Assembly (NCBI RefSeq): GCF_006345805.1
Contig: NW_021830469.1
Coordinates: 1-64,000 of the forward strand
Reading direction: 5' to 3'
Length of the DNA stretch: 64,000 nucleotides
Origin: Octopus sinensis
Taxonomy: Eukaryota
The notes under the pieces are model-generated. The model was given only the letters and a program-made list of their open reading frames with translations, had not been told where the DNA came from and made no database searches. A program made the position numbers and the translations under genes. This document shows positions 26,245 to 40,129 of the stretch, piece after piece; the stretch's first letter is position 1; the number at the start of each line of letters is the position of its first letter.

Positions 26245-26569
26245 AGACCCCCTTCGGTCATGAATGACCATGGGATTGCACCTAGAAAGTTACCCTCCTA
26301 GACACAAGTCTGGGCAAGGTTGGTTTATGGAAGACCAGCAGTCGCCCATGCATACCGGCCTCCCCTCTCCACGCCACCAGTGTTATCCAAGGGAAAGACA
26401 AAGGTCGATACAGCTTGGCACCTGTGACGTCGCAACTCATTTCTACAGCTAAGTGAACTGGAGCAACGTGAAATAAAGTGTCTTACTCAAGAACACAACA
26501 CGCAGCCCGGTCCGGGATTCGAGCTCACGACCTCACGATCGTAAGCTCGACGCTCTTACCACTGAGCCA
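26245..26569 (-). mobile_element. tRNA-derived CORE-like SINE
   Basis: Head TGGCTCAGTGGTAAGAGCG...GAGCTCGAATCCCGG, then TTCTTGAGTAAGACACTT. Confidence 0.8.
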
Positions 26570-27068
26570 TATATATATATATATATACTCTTTTACGCTT
26601 TTACTTGTTTCAGTCATTTGACTGCAGCCATGCTGGAGCACCGCCTTTAGTCGAGCAAATCAACCCCGGGACTTATTCTATCGGTCTCTTTTGCCGAACC
26701 GTTAAGTGTCGGGGACGTAAACACACCAGCATCGGTTGTCAAACACAGACACACAAACACATACATACGTACATATACATATATATACATATATACGACA
26801 GGCTTCTTTCAGTTCCCGTCTACCAAATCCACCCAACCGATTTCATTCAAATTTTACCCATGCCTTGCTTAAGGTCCATGCAGTGTCATGGGCCTAAATC
26901 GTTTTCAACTTCTTGCCTAATGCGAGCCCGGAGTAGTCTCTAATTTCTTCCACTATTTCAGTATTACGTGTCGAAAGTGAAACAATACACATATATGTCT
27001 GTGTGTGTGTATATATATATACACCCAACGTACTTTGGCTCTGGTGTACTCGACCACCCTGTGGTTAA

Positions 27069-27452
27069 CCCTTTAGCATTTAAATTGGTCATATCCAAAC
27101 CAAATATGTTTTATGTTCAAATTAACCAGATCTGGCCTATCACACCTATCCTACAATGTCATTCTGAAAGTAAACAATAACATGATCGGAATCTGAATGG
27201 TAAGGGATAATCCAGGATTAAATCGAAACAACGGGAATAAATAAGGATTATATTTGACAGAGTAAATATTCTTCTGGTTTTATGTTCAAACTAGCCAAAT
27301 CCGGCCTCTCACACCTACCCGACAATGTCATTCTAAGAATAAACCAATCACACAATTGAAATCTCAAAACTGCGAGAAAAATTAATGGTTAATTCAAACC
27401 AATGTGAATTAATAAGGATTCCATTTGACTGAGTAATCCGAATCCCAAAGGG
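27069..27452. mobile_element. piggyBac-type MITE
   Basis: TTAA on both sides (27065-68, 27453-56). TIRs CCCTTTAGCATT / CCCTTTGGGATT. Internal ~170-bp direct repeat. Confidence 0.7.
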
Positions 27453-27837
27453 TTAAATGCAAATAGTAGCACTGAACACGACAGTTGAGGGGTGTCCAGG
27501 AACCCCTGTGGCTCGGCCCACGTTAGGGCCAGGAGTTAAAGTTCGAAACGCTAGCATAAGGGCAAGTGACTTCGAAGACCTTCTGCTCTTCAGCTTTTCT
27601 TACTATTCCCCCCCTCCACACACACACATACATACACACACATACACAAACACACATACTTATATAATTTCTACAATAGGCGAAAGGGCAAGGGGAATAG
27701 CCCCGCGTGCTCCACTGGTACTTAATTCATCGCCCCCACCCCACCCCCGGGAGGAGAAAAAGTAAAGTAAACTTCGGCGGGATTTGAATCCAGAAAGTAG
27801 AGACGGGTGAAATGTGTGTATATATATATGTATGTAT

Positions 27838-27906
<69 letters not shown>

Positions 27907-27976
27907 AATAAAATAGAACATATGCGTATATGTAAACATATATGTACGTACCTACCTCTACATGTACATATACACG

Positions 27977-28029
<53 letters not shown>

Positions 28030-28132
28030 ACATACATACATACATACATATATATATATATATAAAGTTAATCCAAACATGAAAACACAAGAGAAAACAC
28101 AACAACGCGAGGACGTGGAACAAGTATAGTAT

Positions 28133-28202
28133 TATTGGACGCTCAGGAAGGAAGGGAAGAAGGAGGGTTTAACGTTTCGAGCGGAGCTCTTCATCAGAAA
28201 CA
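28133..28202 (-). ncRNA. Type I hammerhead ribozyme motif with canonical CUGAUGA core
   Basis: Minus: TGTTT-CTGATGA-A-GAGC(TCC)GCTC-GAAA-CGTT...AGCG-TC-CAATA. GUC triplet. Stem I has a first-position mismatch. Lies within a ~200-bp repeat at 28062-28262 flanked by (TA)n. Confidence 0.6.
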
Positions 28203-28508
28203 TAGGAGAAGGAAAGATCCAGAGAAGGAAAAAAAAATCGCCAACGGTACATACGCGGTCACATTTATATATATATATATACACATATATATATATGTAT
28301 GTATGTATTCTTTATTCTTCTTTTCTTTCATTGTTTCAGTCAATTGACTGCGGTCATGCTGGAGCACCATCTTTAGTCGAATAAAACAACTCCAGAACGT
28401 ATTCTTTGTATGTCTAGTACTTATTCTATCGGTTCCTTTTGCCGAACCGCTAGCTTAAGGGGACGTAAACACACCATCATCGATTGTCGAGCGATGGGGG
28501 GGGGGTAA

Positions 28509-28544
<36 letters not shown>

Positions 28545-28571
28545 GTGTGTGTATGTATGTATGTATGTATG

Positions 28572-28610
<39 letters not shown>

Positions 28611-28664
28611 GTGCGCGCGTGTGTGTGTGTGTGTGTGTGTGTGTATACAAACACACACGCAATA

Positions 28665-29520
28665 TACAGGTTGTGTAAGGTATTACCCAAGAAATGAAGA
28701 GGCATTCTGTTATTGTGGTTATAAAGGCTGAACATAACGGTTTAGAAATAAATACCTCGATTTTTAAAAGTTGCCAAATCTTTCGTCTACAAAGTTTTTA
28801 AGGAGCTAGAGGTTGAAGATGGAGACATATCACCAATTTCAAAGCATAAAAAGTATTATAAACCCTCTGAAATCATCAGAACACCTGAATTTATCCAGCA
28901 AGTTCAACAAACCGTTGATTGCAATCCCAGAAAATCCATGAGGTCAATTGCAAAATATCTCTATGTGTCAGTAGGAACAGTCAGAAATATTGTCCACGAA
29001 GACATCAGATATAAGTTTTATATGATGAGGAAAGGTCAGTTTGTCCGAAAAAGCAAAAGAAAATCACTACATCAGATCTAAAAGGCTCTTAAACAAACTG
29101 AAAAATCCAACAGATTTGATTTTTCTCGAGTGAGAAAAACTTCGAAGTTAACAGAAGAAATGACAGATAGTTATCTGCAAACCCTTCTGAAGTTCCAAGT
29201 ATTATGCATATAAAATGTCTTGCAACTGTCACGGTTTTAGGGGTTGTCAGCAATGAAAGACACGTGATTCCTCCTTACTTGTTTCCACAAGGCCTTAGAG
29301 TTAACTCTGCCGCCTACATTGAGGTCCTGGAAATAATTGTTAAGCCCTGGATAGATAGTGTATGCAATGGGAAGCCATATGTGCTTCAGTAAGACTCTGC
29401 ACTGTTACACAAGGTTCTAGTAACACAGGAATGGATGGCTGAAACTTTTCATGATCACCTAACCCCTAGCATTTGGCCTCTTAATTCCCCAGACCTCAAT
29501 CCATTGGACTGATATACAAC
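28665..29520 (+). mobile_element. Degenerate maT (DD37D) transposon
   Basis: NPRKSMRSIAK..VS..TVRNIVHEDI; DSA...WPLNSPDLNPLD with 37 residues between the last two Asp. Starts TA|CAGG. Confidence 0.8.
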
Positions 29521-30039
29521 AGACCTGATATAATGATTTGGGATAGAGAAGAGAAACTGTGCACAGGTGTGGAAATTGGTTGCTCAGCGGATGTTAATAT
29601 AAAGCTGAAGATCAGCGAAAAAGAGAACAACTATACTACACATTTGAGAAATAACGCCCATTATAGAAAAATGATTATAAGAATATAAAATCTCAACTGC
29701 AGCGATTACTTGGAAGATGCAGGACTGATGGATAGAAAGACCTTACTCGTGATATTTAGGCTGTTGCTGCTTCAAATGACAGCAAAATGCTCTACCATCT
29801 CTACCATCTTAAGAAGCAAGCTTGTAGATCGAAGAGTTCTGCATAGATTATTTACCTTCCCAAGAAAGGCTCTAATTTACTGAACGGAAATCACAGATCA
29901 CTAATTTGAACCTTTTTTTTTTGTAACTTCTGTACTGTGAGTCGGTTGTAGACGATTTTGTGATTGATAGTCTTCGGCAAAGACTTGTCGTCTGCTCCTT
30001 CGACTCTGCACCCTCAATGGACGATGTAGGTTTAGTGTG

Positions 30040-31285
30040 AAATAAAAGTCATTTTTCTTTTCATACAAAGAATAAACTTTAAATCAATTATATATTTTCC
30101 ATTCCATTCGATGACTTTTTTGCCATCTTTCTGGAAAATTCCGCTTTCATAGAAATTCTGGTCCTTATCAGCCAAAAACTGAAGCTAATGCGATTTCAGG
30201 TCATCCTCATTATTGGAAGTTTTACCATTCAAAGAATTTTTGCAAACTTCGAAATAAATGGTCATCTGATGGTGCAAGGTTAGGGCTATATGGTGGATGT
30301 GATCATCACTTCCCAACCAAACTCCAATAATGTTTCATGAGTTAGCAAAGACGTGTGTGGTCTTGCGTTGTCATGGTGGAACACAATTTCTTTAAGATTT
30401 TTCAATTCTGGCCGTTTTTCTTTTGATTGCTTCCTCCAGTTTCATTAATTGTTGAAAGTAAACATCTGAATTGATTGTTCGGTTCCTTGGAAGCAGCTCA
30501 AAATATACAGCACCTTTGTAATCCCAGCAAATTGACAGCATGACCCTTTTTTTTGTGATACAATTCAAATTTCGATGTGATTTGTGCTGGTTCATTACAC
30601 CCTGACCATTATCGTCTTCGATTGATGTTCTTGAAGACAATCCATTTTTCATCACCGGTTACGACTCGTTTCAAAAGGTCGACTTCGTTGCGCTTGAGAG
30701 GCATATCGCAAATATTGATCCGTTGTGTCAAGTGAATCTCTTTCAATTTATGTGGAACCCAAATATCGAGCTTCTTAACAGGTCCAGGACACATTGAGTG
30801 ATTTTCAATTGTTGCCTGCGATACATTTAGCCTCTCTGCAATCTCTCGCACCGTTTATAAGACAACCAGATTCAGTTATGGCTTTGATTCGGTCATCATA
30901 AATTTCACCAGAACGTTGGTCAACTTTGAGTGAAAAATCTCCAGAATAGAATTTTTTAAACCATTTCTGACCCCTGTGCGTTCTGTTAAGCAATGAATGC
31001 CATAAACCTCACACATCTCTTTCTGAGCCTCAGCGGATTTCTTTGCCGTGACAGAAATAAAAATGCAAAATATGGCGAAAATATTCGTTTTTGCACTCCA
31101 TGTTAAAATTGACACTGAACTAACAGCTGTAAACAAAATTACGCGCAATTTGCTTCTAAAGTAAGCTAAAACTAACGGTTATCAAATATCAAAAGGAAAA
31201 AAATCATAACACTGGCAGAAGTCATTCAAAAAAATTATAACTTTATCAATTTGTGAAAAACGAAATTACTTTTTTGCCAACCCAG

Positions 31286-31290
<5 letters not shown>
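30040..31290 (-). mobile_element. Degenerate mariner (Mos1-like, DD34D) transposon
   Basis: WVPHKL, RVVTGDEKWI, RVMLSICWDYKGAVYFELLP, HPPYSPNLAPSD..LFRSLQN. TIR-like end at 31258-31290. Confidence 0.9.
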
Positions 31291-31364
<74 letters not shown>

Positions 31365-32330
31365 TAAAAAAAAACACATTTTATCAATTCAAAATGAAAA
31401 ATTAAATTACACCGTCTAGAAAATTATATATATTAGAAATATTAAATATAGGATTAAAACAATATACCGATGATTTAGTAATGTGCAAAATAATAAATAA
31501 AACATATATATTTGGTAGAATAACGACACGTGTTTCGTGGCTATATTTAAGAAATGATTATAGTAAAAATATTAGTAGTAGTAGTAGTAAAATCACTTCA
31601 ATATAAATATAGCCACTCATCAGGTTAAAAATAAACACACAAACACCGGTTGTCAAGCGGCGACAGCGAACAAACACAGGCACAAAATCACATACGCACA
31701 AAAATATATATCTTTGTGCGTGTTCGCCGTCGCCGCTTGACAACCGGTGTTTGTGTGTTTACGTCCCTGTAAATTAGCGGTTCAGCAGAGAGGCCGATAA
31801 AATAAGTACCAAGATTGACAAAAAAATTACCGGGGTCGATTCATTCGGCTACAGATTCTACAAGGTGGTACTCCAGCATGGCCGCAGTCAAATAATTGAA
31901 ACAAGTAGAAGATAAAGGGTATGTGTAGGCGTAGATGTGGCTGTGTGGTAAGAAGCTTGTTTCCCAACCACATGCTTCCTGGTTCAAGTCCACTGCGTGG
32001 CACCTTCGGCAAGTGTCTTCTATTATAGCCTTGGGCTAACCAAAACATTGTGAGTGGATTTGGTAGGCAGAAACTGGAAGAAGCCCGTCGTATACATATA
32101 TATATGTGTGTATATATGCCTTTGTGTCTGAGTTGTTCCCACATCACCGCTTGACAACCTTTGTTGTGTTTACGTCCCCATAACTTAGCGGTTCGGCAAA
32201 AGAGACCGATAGAATAAGTACAAAAAGAAAGTTCTGGCGTCGATTTGTTCGACTAAAAAAAATATTTAAGGCGATGCCCCAGCATTGCCGCAGCCTAATG
32301 ACTGAAACATGTAAAAGCTAAAAGAATATT

Positions 32331-32389
<59 letters not shown>

Positions 32390-32403
<14 letters not shown>

Positions 32404-32623
32404 TGTAAAAGTAAAAAAAATATAAAACTGGGACAAGAACGTGAAACATTTAGAAGACGACACAAAAAACACGGACGGACATTCGAAGCCTTCAATCTTC
32501 AGTCAAGAACCGGATCCTCCTCGCAATTTCGGCTGATTAATCTTGAGATTGCTCCGGCACATACACATACATGTGCATATATATCTATATATATATATTA
32601 TATATATATATATGTATATGTAG

Positions 32624-32660
<37 letters not shown>

Positions 32661-33162
32661 ACACATGTATGTGTATGTGCATATGTGAACTGACTTTGTT
32701 GGTGTGCGTGCGTGCGTGCGTGCACGTGATTATATGAATGGTAGAACTGAAGGCAGTCAGTAACGGCAGTAGTAGCAGTAGTAATAGGAGTGGTGGTAGT
32801 AGTGGTGGTGGTGGTGGTGAGAGATGAGTGAGAGATGAGCGTAACGGTGTTCATTGATTGATTTTTGTAAATTAATCGATATGTGTGTGGTGTTTAATAT
32901 ATGTGTATCTGCATCTACAAACACACATCCATAGATATGTGGTGTGTGTGGTGTGTGTGGTGTGTGTGTGTGTGTGGTGTGTGTGTAAAAGTAAAAAAAT
33001 ATACAAACTGGGACAAAACGTGAAACATTTAGAAGACGACACAAAAAACACGGACGGACATTCGAAGCCTTCAATCTTCAGTCAAGAACCGGATCCTCCT
33101 CGCAATTTCGGCTGATTAATCTTGAGATTGCTCCGGCACATACACATACATGTGCATATATA

Positions 33163-33201
<39 letters not shown>

Positions 33202-33519
33202 GTAGATGTGTATATATATATATATATAATATATATATGCACACACATGTATGTGTATGTGCATATGTGAACTTGACTTTGTGTGTGTGCGTGCGTGCGT
33301 GCGTGCACGTGATTATATGAATGGTAGAACTGAAGGCAGTCAGTAACGGCAGTAGTAGCAGTAGTAATAGGAGTGGTGGTAGTAGTGGTGGTGGTGGTGG
33401 TGAGAGATGAGTGAGAGATGAGCGTAACGGTGTTTCATTGATTGATTTTTGTAAATTAATCGATATGTGTGTGGGTGTTTAATATATGTGTATCTGCATC
33501 TACAAACACACATCCATAG

Positions 33520-33530
<11 letters not shown>
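32390..33530. repeat. 580-bp tandem duplication
   Basis: GTGTGTAAAAGTAAAAAA at 32401 and 32981. The units are near-identical with a few single-base indels. Confidence 0.9.
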
Positions 33531-33571
<41 letters not shown>

Positions 33572-33801
33572 GTGTATGCGCACGTGCATGCTCGTCGCTA
33601 AGGGGGGGGACACTGGACGGCATTTCCCCACCCCCTTATTACTCAATGGTACACCCTCAGAATTGTAGTGATACATTCATTTCAAAACTGCACTTTGCAA
33701 ATTAGTGCAAACACAGAACGTTCCGTAACACCTCGAGGCACCACTGTCTGGCGACGGTCCTATTTATACGTATGTGTGTGTGTATGTATATATATATAAT
33801 A

Positions 33802-33841
<40 letters not shown>

Positions 33842-34063
33842 ATATATACTCTTTTACTCTTTTCTTGTTTCAGTCATTTGACCACGGCCATGCTGGAGCA
33901 CCGCCTTTAGTCGAGCAAATCGACCCCGGGACTTATTCTTATGTAAGCCCAGTACTTATTCTATCGGTCTCTTTTGCTGAACCGCTATGAGACGGGGACG
34001 CAAACACACCCATCGGTTGTCAAGCAATGCTAGGGGGACAAACCACACATCATACACACACAC

Positions 34064-34097
<34 letters not shown>

Positions 34098-34281
34098 ATA
34101 TATATATATATATACGACAGGCTTCTTTCATTGTCGGCCCGTGGCTATAGCAGAGGATACTTGCCCAGATGCCACGCAGTGGGGGACTGAACCCGATCCA
34201 TGTGGTTGGTTAGCAAGCTACATATATATATATATATATATATAATATATTATGTATATTATATATATATAATATATATAT

Positions 34282-34336
<55 letters not shown>

Positions 34337-34386
34337 TAATATTTTGTTGTGCAAGATTTTTTATGTGAATCGTGTGTTGAAACAGA

Positions 34387-37255
34387 ATTGTTATATTTCG
34401 GAATGGTCATATTGCCAGTTTAGCCAATAAAAACACACGCACTATATATTTGGTGTTATTTTGCTTCAGTGATATTTATTTTTTACATTAATCTTAATCT
34501 TATTTCGGCCAAAGTTCTTTCGTCACACTCCTGTGACCGCATCAGTGGTCCTTTGTTTTCTTCTCACTTACTTGTGTCTCTCCTTACTAACCGTCAGCCA
34601 TTTTGTATTTCTATTGTATGTCTTCATTTGCGCATGCTTATATCTCTATGTGCGTCTATGTTTATTTAGTGTGTGTGTGGGGGGGATGCCTGTAATATTT
34701 GTATCTTCTGGTTATACATTCTTGTAATTTGTATTTTGTTTTTTGTTGTTGTTGCTTTTGTTCTAATTTTGTTCATGTGTTTACATCCACCCATTATTAT
34801 CATTACATATGCTTGTGTATGTATAACAACAATATTAGTAATAATAAAATAATCTAATCGAAAAAAAAAAAAGAATATACATATACATATATATATATAC
34901 ATACATACATATACATATATATATATATTATATATATACACACATATATACACATATACATATACATATATATACACATATACATATTATGATATTCATT
35001 TCTATTTCTTTAATTACCTGTGTATTTATTATGTTTGCAGGATCCACTATTGTCTATGTTGTTGGTGTGCGCTATTGCTCCATTCTAGTTTTCTATTCAG
35101 GCTAGGTTTATTTTCTATTATATGTGTAGCTTCTGTAATTTGTCTAATTGTTGCATCTGTTCTATGTGTGGACAATATCTTAATCTCTATGTTATTGATT
35201 GATCCCCCGTGTTCTTGTTCGGCGTGTTGGTACAGAATCGATGAGCTTTTACCTTCCTTGAGTTGTCTCCAATGTTCATTCACCCCCTCACCGCTCACTT
35301 CTTGCAGTTTCCCCTACGTATGTTACTGTCTTGTTACTGCATCGTCCCTCTATACATCTTATACTATAGACCACATTTCTGGCTTTACAGTTCGTTTGTG
35401 GGCTAAATCTACATACAGTGCAATAGTTATCCGTACAGAGAGTTCTACTAAAAGGATAGCTTCTACCAATTATATATCTGATAGGGTTGCCTGGCTTTTC
35501 AACAACCTTAATTCTTAGTTTAAGTTTATCTAGGGTCCTTCTAAAGCGGTACGCTAGTTCACCTCCAGGGGTGGTGTCAACGAACATGACACTCTGGTAT
35601 TTATGGCTATCATACCAAGAGTTGGCCTTCCCTATTTTCTTTTTTGTCCTTTCTATAGTGTTCCATGACTTGTTCCTATAGAGTGGGCAAATCCCATTCC
35701 TATCATTACATAATATATTATCAAATTTCTTCATGGCTCCTTTGTATACCTGATCCTTTCTTTATGGCTGTAACCTGAGAACTGCATGCGGTGAATGAAA
35801 TACTGTATGTGTCTCTTTAATTCTGTAGGCTCGCACATGCGTGACACATTTCTCATTATTCTGACGAGGTCTGCCATCAAAATATTGAATTTGGCATTGC
35901 CCGCAATGGCTGAGTTCCGGTGGATCAGGTATTTTGAGGCCATAGGTTTTGCATAGTATGAATGAAGGATTTGGGTTTTATTTTTCACAATTTCTAGCCA
36001 GAGTTCAGTGTCTAGTACTGGTAGTCTATGGTTGGGGTGTTTAGTGGGGTAGTCTATTGTGACCTTAATACTCTGGTGGATGGAGTTAGCTATTTGCTGG
36101 ATGCTCTCCATAGTATTAGTTTCTATTACTATATCAACAGTACTCTCTTGTGGGGGTGCCTTTACTACTATATTGATATCATCAACATAGCGAGAGTACA
36201 TGTTTACGAGTATGGATTTCTGCAGTAGGCATTCTTTAAGCCTTCTGTCCCACCATACCATGAAGAGGTTGGCCACATCACCAGCGATACTAACACCGAT
36301 GGCTGCCCCCTCGTCCTGGGCATATATTTTATTATTAAATTTAAATGTGTGGCCTTTTATGGTAACTCTTATACTAGCTCCTAGTGCATGTGCGATCATT
36401 TTCTTTACCTGATGGACATTTGCGGGGCTCCGTATGGCTCTGGTCCATCCGCGCCATCTTTCTATATGTGTCTTCCTAGCCATAGAAGTAATTGTAGGCG
36501 GTCTACCTCTTAACATCTACTGGGGCAGAAACTACTAAGATTATGTTTATCTAAGTATTCTATTATATGTCAGTCTAAGTAGGAGGCCCAGTTCTTCTGT
36601 GTCGACATTACAGAACTCCACCTGGCTCGTTGATCATCTCCACGCACTTCTCCACTGCAAAATCTACGTCAATCGATGGTATAGGGATACCACATCCATG
36701 CTACCTACTATACATCCTGTCAAGTCACAAGTTTTGTTACAGTCACTGATCCGCTTAGGAGATCTTCTGTGCTGTCACACACATCAGGTGACATCCTGAT
36801 TATAGGGCGTATGATCATTGAGAGGAAGTAGGAGATTCTGTAATTGCTAGCGATATTCGCTCCACAGACTGGTCTTGTGGTGGTCCTGCTATAGGGTCAG
36901 TAAAACCTTATGGTCCTTGCGAAGTCCATACAGTGCCGGGATATCATTGTTCCAGGCTTGGAAATTCTTTGCAGTACGTTTCTGAGGTCCCAGAACAATT
37001 GTCCACATCATCATGCGCAAATGAAGACATACAATAGAAATACAAAATGGCTGACGGTTAAAGGAGAGACACAAGTAAGTGAGAAGAAAACCAAAGGACC
37101 ACTGATGCGTCACAGGAGTGTGACGAAAGAACTTTGGCCGAAATAAGATTAAGATTAATGTAAAAAAATAATATCACTGAAGCAAATAACACCAAATATA
37201 TAGTGGTGTGTTTTTATTGGCTAAACTGGCAATATGACCATTCCGAAATATAACA

Positions 37256-37257
<2 letters not shown>
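34387..37257 (-). mobile_element. Penelope-like element (RT + C-terminal GIY-YIG) with inverted pLTRs
   Basis: LYGLRKDHK, FKFNNKIYAQDEGAAIG, YSRYVDDI (RT); RNVVYSIRC...YVGETARS, HxxxEH, RQITEA..I...PSLN (GIY-YIG). 34387-34636 is the reverse complement of 37012-37257. Confidence 0.93.
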
Positions 37258-37297
<40 letters not shown>

Positions 37298-38984
37298 GTG
37301 TGTGTGTTTGTGTATACACACACACACACATCCATTGACAAGGTTGCAAAAGCTACGAACATTTGTGGACAACACAAAAATAAATAAATAAATAAATGAG
37401 TGGAAATCGAACCGGTGCGTGTGTTAGTTATTAAGGCAGTATGACTCTTCCCAGACATAATAGATATATGATGTATACACACACACACACACATACACAC
37501 ACAGAATTAATAAAATTGGAGATGGAATGTGTAATAGACTTTATTGGGTGCAACACATCTTTCAACACGTTCTGCCTCTCTTCAGGTACATCAATATAAA
37601 AAGTGTCATATATGCACATATATACAAAATGGCGGTGCCCCAGCATGGCCACAGCTCATTAGCTGAAACTGGAAAATCAAAAATCAAAATACCTATATAA
37701 AATATTATAATAATCCAGGTTTCTCGGAGCACTAGGCCACTTGGTGTTGAATAGATATACTATTAAATTAGTATCTAATTCTCTCACCCTTATTAATTAA
37801 TTATAATTATGCTACATTTATTTCTAAATGCAGTCTTTGTTTTCCGTGAAAGTTTGGCGCGCTGTTAGTTGGGGCATTTGAATTATAACGTCGGATGTAA
37901 TCAATTGAACCACACGCGTATTTATCGTTATGGTAAAATCTGGCGTGTGATTGAGTGGATTTCATCCAGATAGTTTTGGCTGACGAGCTACAAGTGGATT
38001 TTTTTGTAAGTAAAATTACATTTAATTCATTAATAGCGAAACAATTGTCCCAAAATAATCTGTATTTTGTTATTTTTTATTTGCCCTGTCCGTGTGAGCA
38101 ACAATCGTACTGACTTTCATGGGAAACATGTATTTTTGTGTTGAAACCTTTTGGATTAACTGGTGCTAGAGTGAGCCATACAGTGACCACTCTCTTAATA
38201 TTTATATTATAATATATATATATATTATATATATATATATAATATAACCGTTACTTAGCGTTCGGCAAAAGAGACCGATAGAATAAGTACTGGGCTACAA
38301 AGAATAAGTTCCGGGGTCGATTTTGCTTGACTAAAGGCGGTGCTCCAGCATGGCCGCAGTCAATGACTGAAACAAGTAAAAGAGTAAAAGATAAAAAGAG
38401 ATATATATATATATATAACGGGAAGGTTTACGAAAATAAACAAAAGACGAAGGCAGGTGGTACAAACAACAATTGTATAAAGTATATATATATATATATA
38501 TATATATATCATATATATATATCATATACACATATATATATATATATATATATAATGTATATATATATATATATATATATATTACACACACACATACTGT
38601 TTATAAGAATGTGTGTAAGGATACATGTATGCATATAAATATGTATATATTCACACACACACACGCACACGCACACACACACACACATATATACATACAT
38701 GCATACACACGCTCACATATGCACACGCAGACACACGCACAATACATGTACACATGTCAATGAACTCTTGAATATTAGCACAAGTAACTCACAGACGTAC
38801 TGTGTCCACTCACGCTGTCCCATGTACCGCTACTGCTACGACCTCTGCTCTTCTGAACTAAACCCCATTCAGAAGGGGACGATGTGACTCCCATTACATT
38901 CAGATGGGGACAGAAAGAGACATGAAATCTCCTTTGAATCAAATCAGTTTGTCACAGAATATGACATATTCTCGGCAATGTGGT

Positions 38985-39335
38985 ATTAGATATGTTTTGC
39001 CTGAATAAAAGACAGGGTGGTCACGGCTGGAACATCTTTTGGCCTGTTGGATGAGGGCAGACCAGGTGTTAAACTGCACAGGGAAGGACACGTCAGATAA
39101 TGAAGTCCGAGGTATACTATATCTGAATGAAAGACAGGGTGGTCACGGCTGGAACATCCTTGAGCATAGGTACAAGATCAGGTCTGACCTGGTGCTAAAC
39201 CATATCACCGAAGACCACATTGGATAATGCAGTCCAATATATACTATATCTGAACAAATGACAGGATGGTCATAGCTGGAACGTCATTCATCATAGGTGG
39301 GGTGGATCCAAGACTGACCTGGGGCTAAATAAACA
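38985..39335 (-). repeat. ~125-bp minisatellite, ~3 units (same family as 46318-47272, inverted)
   Basis: AAAGACAGG.TGGTCA..GCTGGAAC at ~39010, ~39131 and ~39260. Confidence 0.8.
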
Positions 39336-39397
39336 ATGACCATAGAAACGGCTCTCTTGTTAAAACGAAATTTCAGACGTAAAAACGGGACTTCCCT

Positions 39398-39457
<60 letters not shown>

Positions 39458-40129
39458 ATGGTGGCGGTGGTGCTGGTGGTGCAGAGAAAATTTAAAAACA
39501 ATATGCAGCAACAAAATCTCGTGTGTGTGTGTGTGTGTGTGAGCGTAGCAAGCGGGATTGACCGTGGTAGGGTGTTGACGTTGGTGGAGCGGTGAGTTGC
39601 CAGGAGAAACGAAGAAAAACGTCGGCATTCGGTCAGAGAGTGAGTGTGAGTGAGGGGTGTATTTGAGTAGAACACAATGTACTGGAGTGGAGTCCTGTCT
39701 GTCACTCACTGTCTCTCTCTCCCCCACTTTCTCTTCCCAAGCATTCCACTGCACGTGTCACGTAGCGCTAAAACTAAAAGGGAAAGTGAAAGTAGATATG
39801 GACAGAGAGCTAGAGAGATGGGAGGGGCAGCGTAACGGTGGAGGATTAGTAAGAGGAAAGTGAAACGAGTAGGAGGACGAGAAGAATGAGGAGGGAAAGC
39901 GTGAGAGTAGGCTACGGATGCTTATTGTATTTATTTATGACAACGGGAGGGGGAGGGGAGGAAGAGTGTGATTACGTATTTGTATATAGAGGTGGGCGTG
40001 GCCTGCTTTACGCTCACACACATCTATGGCGGGTATACGCTATGTACGAGTAACGGCGAGTAGTAACATGTGTTGTTGTTGTACTCTCCCTGGGCCATAA
40101 TCTAGAGAGGCGTAGGATGATCGGTAGGC

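Noticed and set aside
32430-32550. CTGAAGA...GAAT motif in the duplicated unit
   Set aside because: It has GAAT instead of GAAA and no viable stem II loop.
37535-37600. CTGAAGA...GAAA on the minus strand
   Set aside because: Stem II does not pair; at best a decayed remnant.
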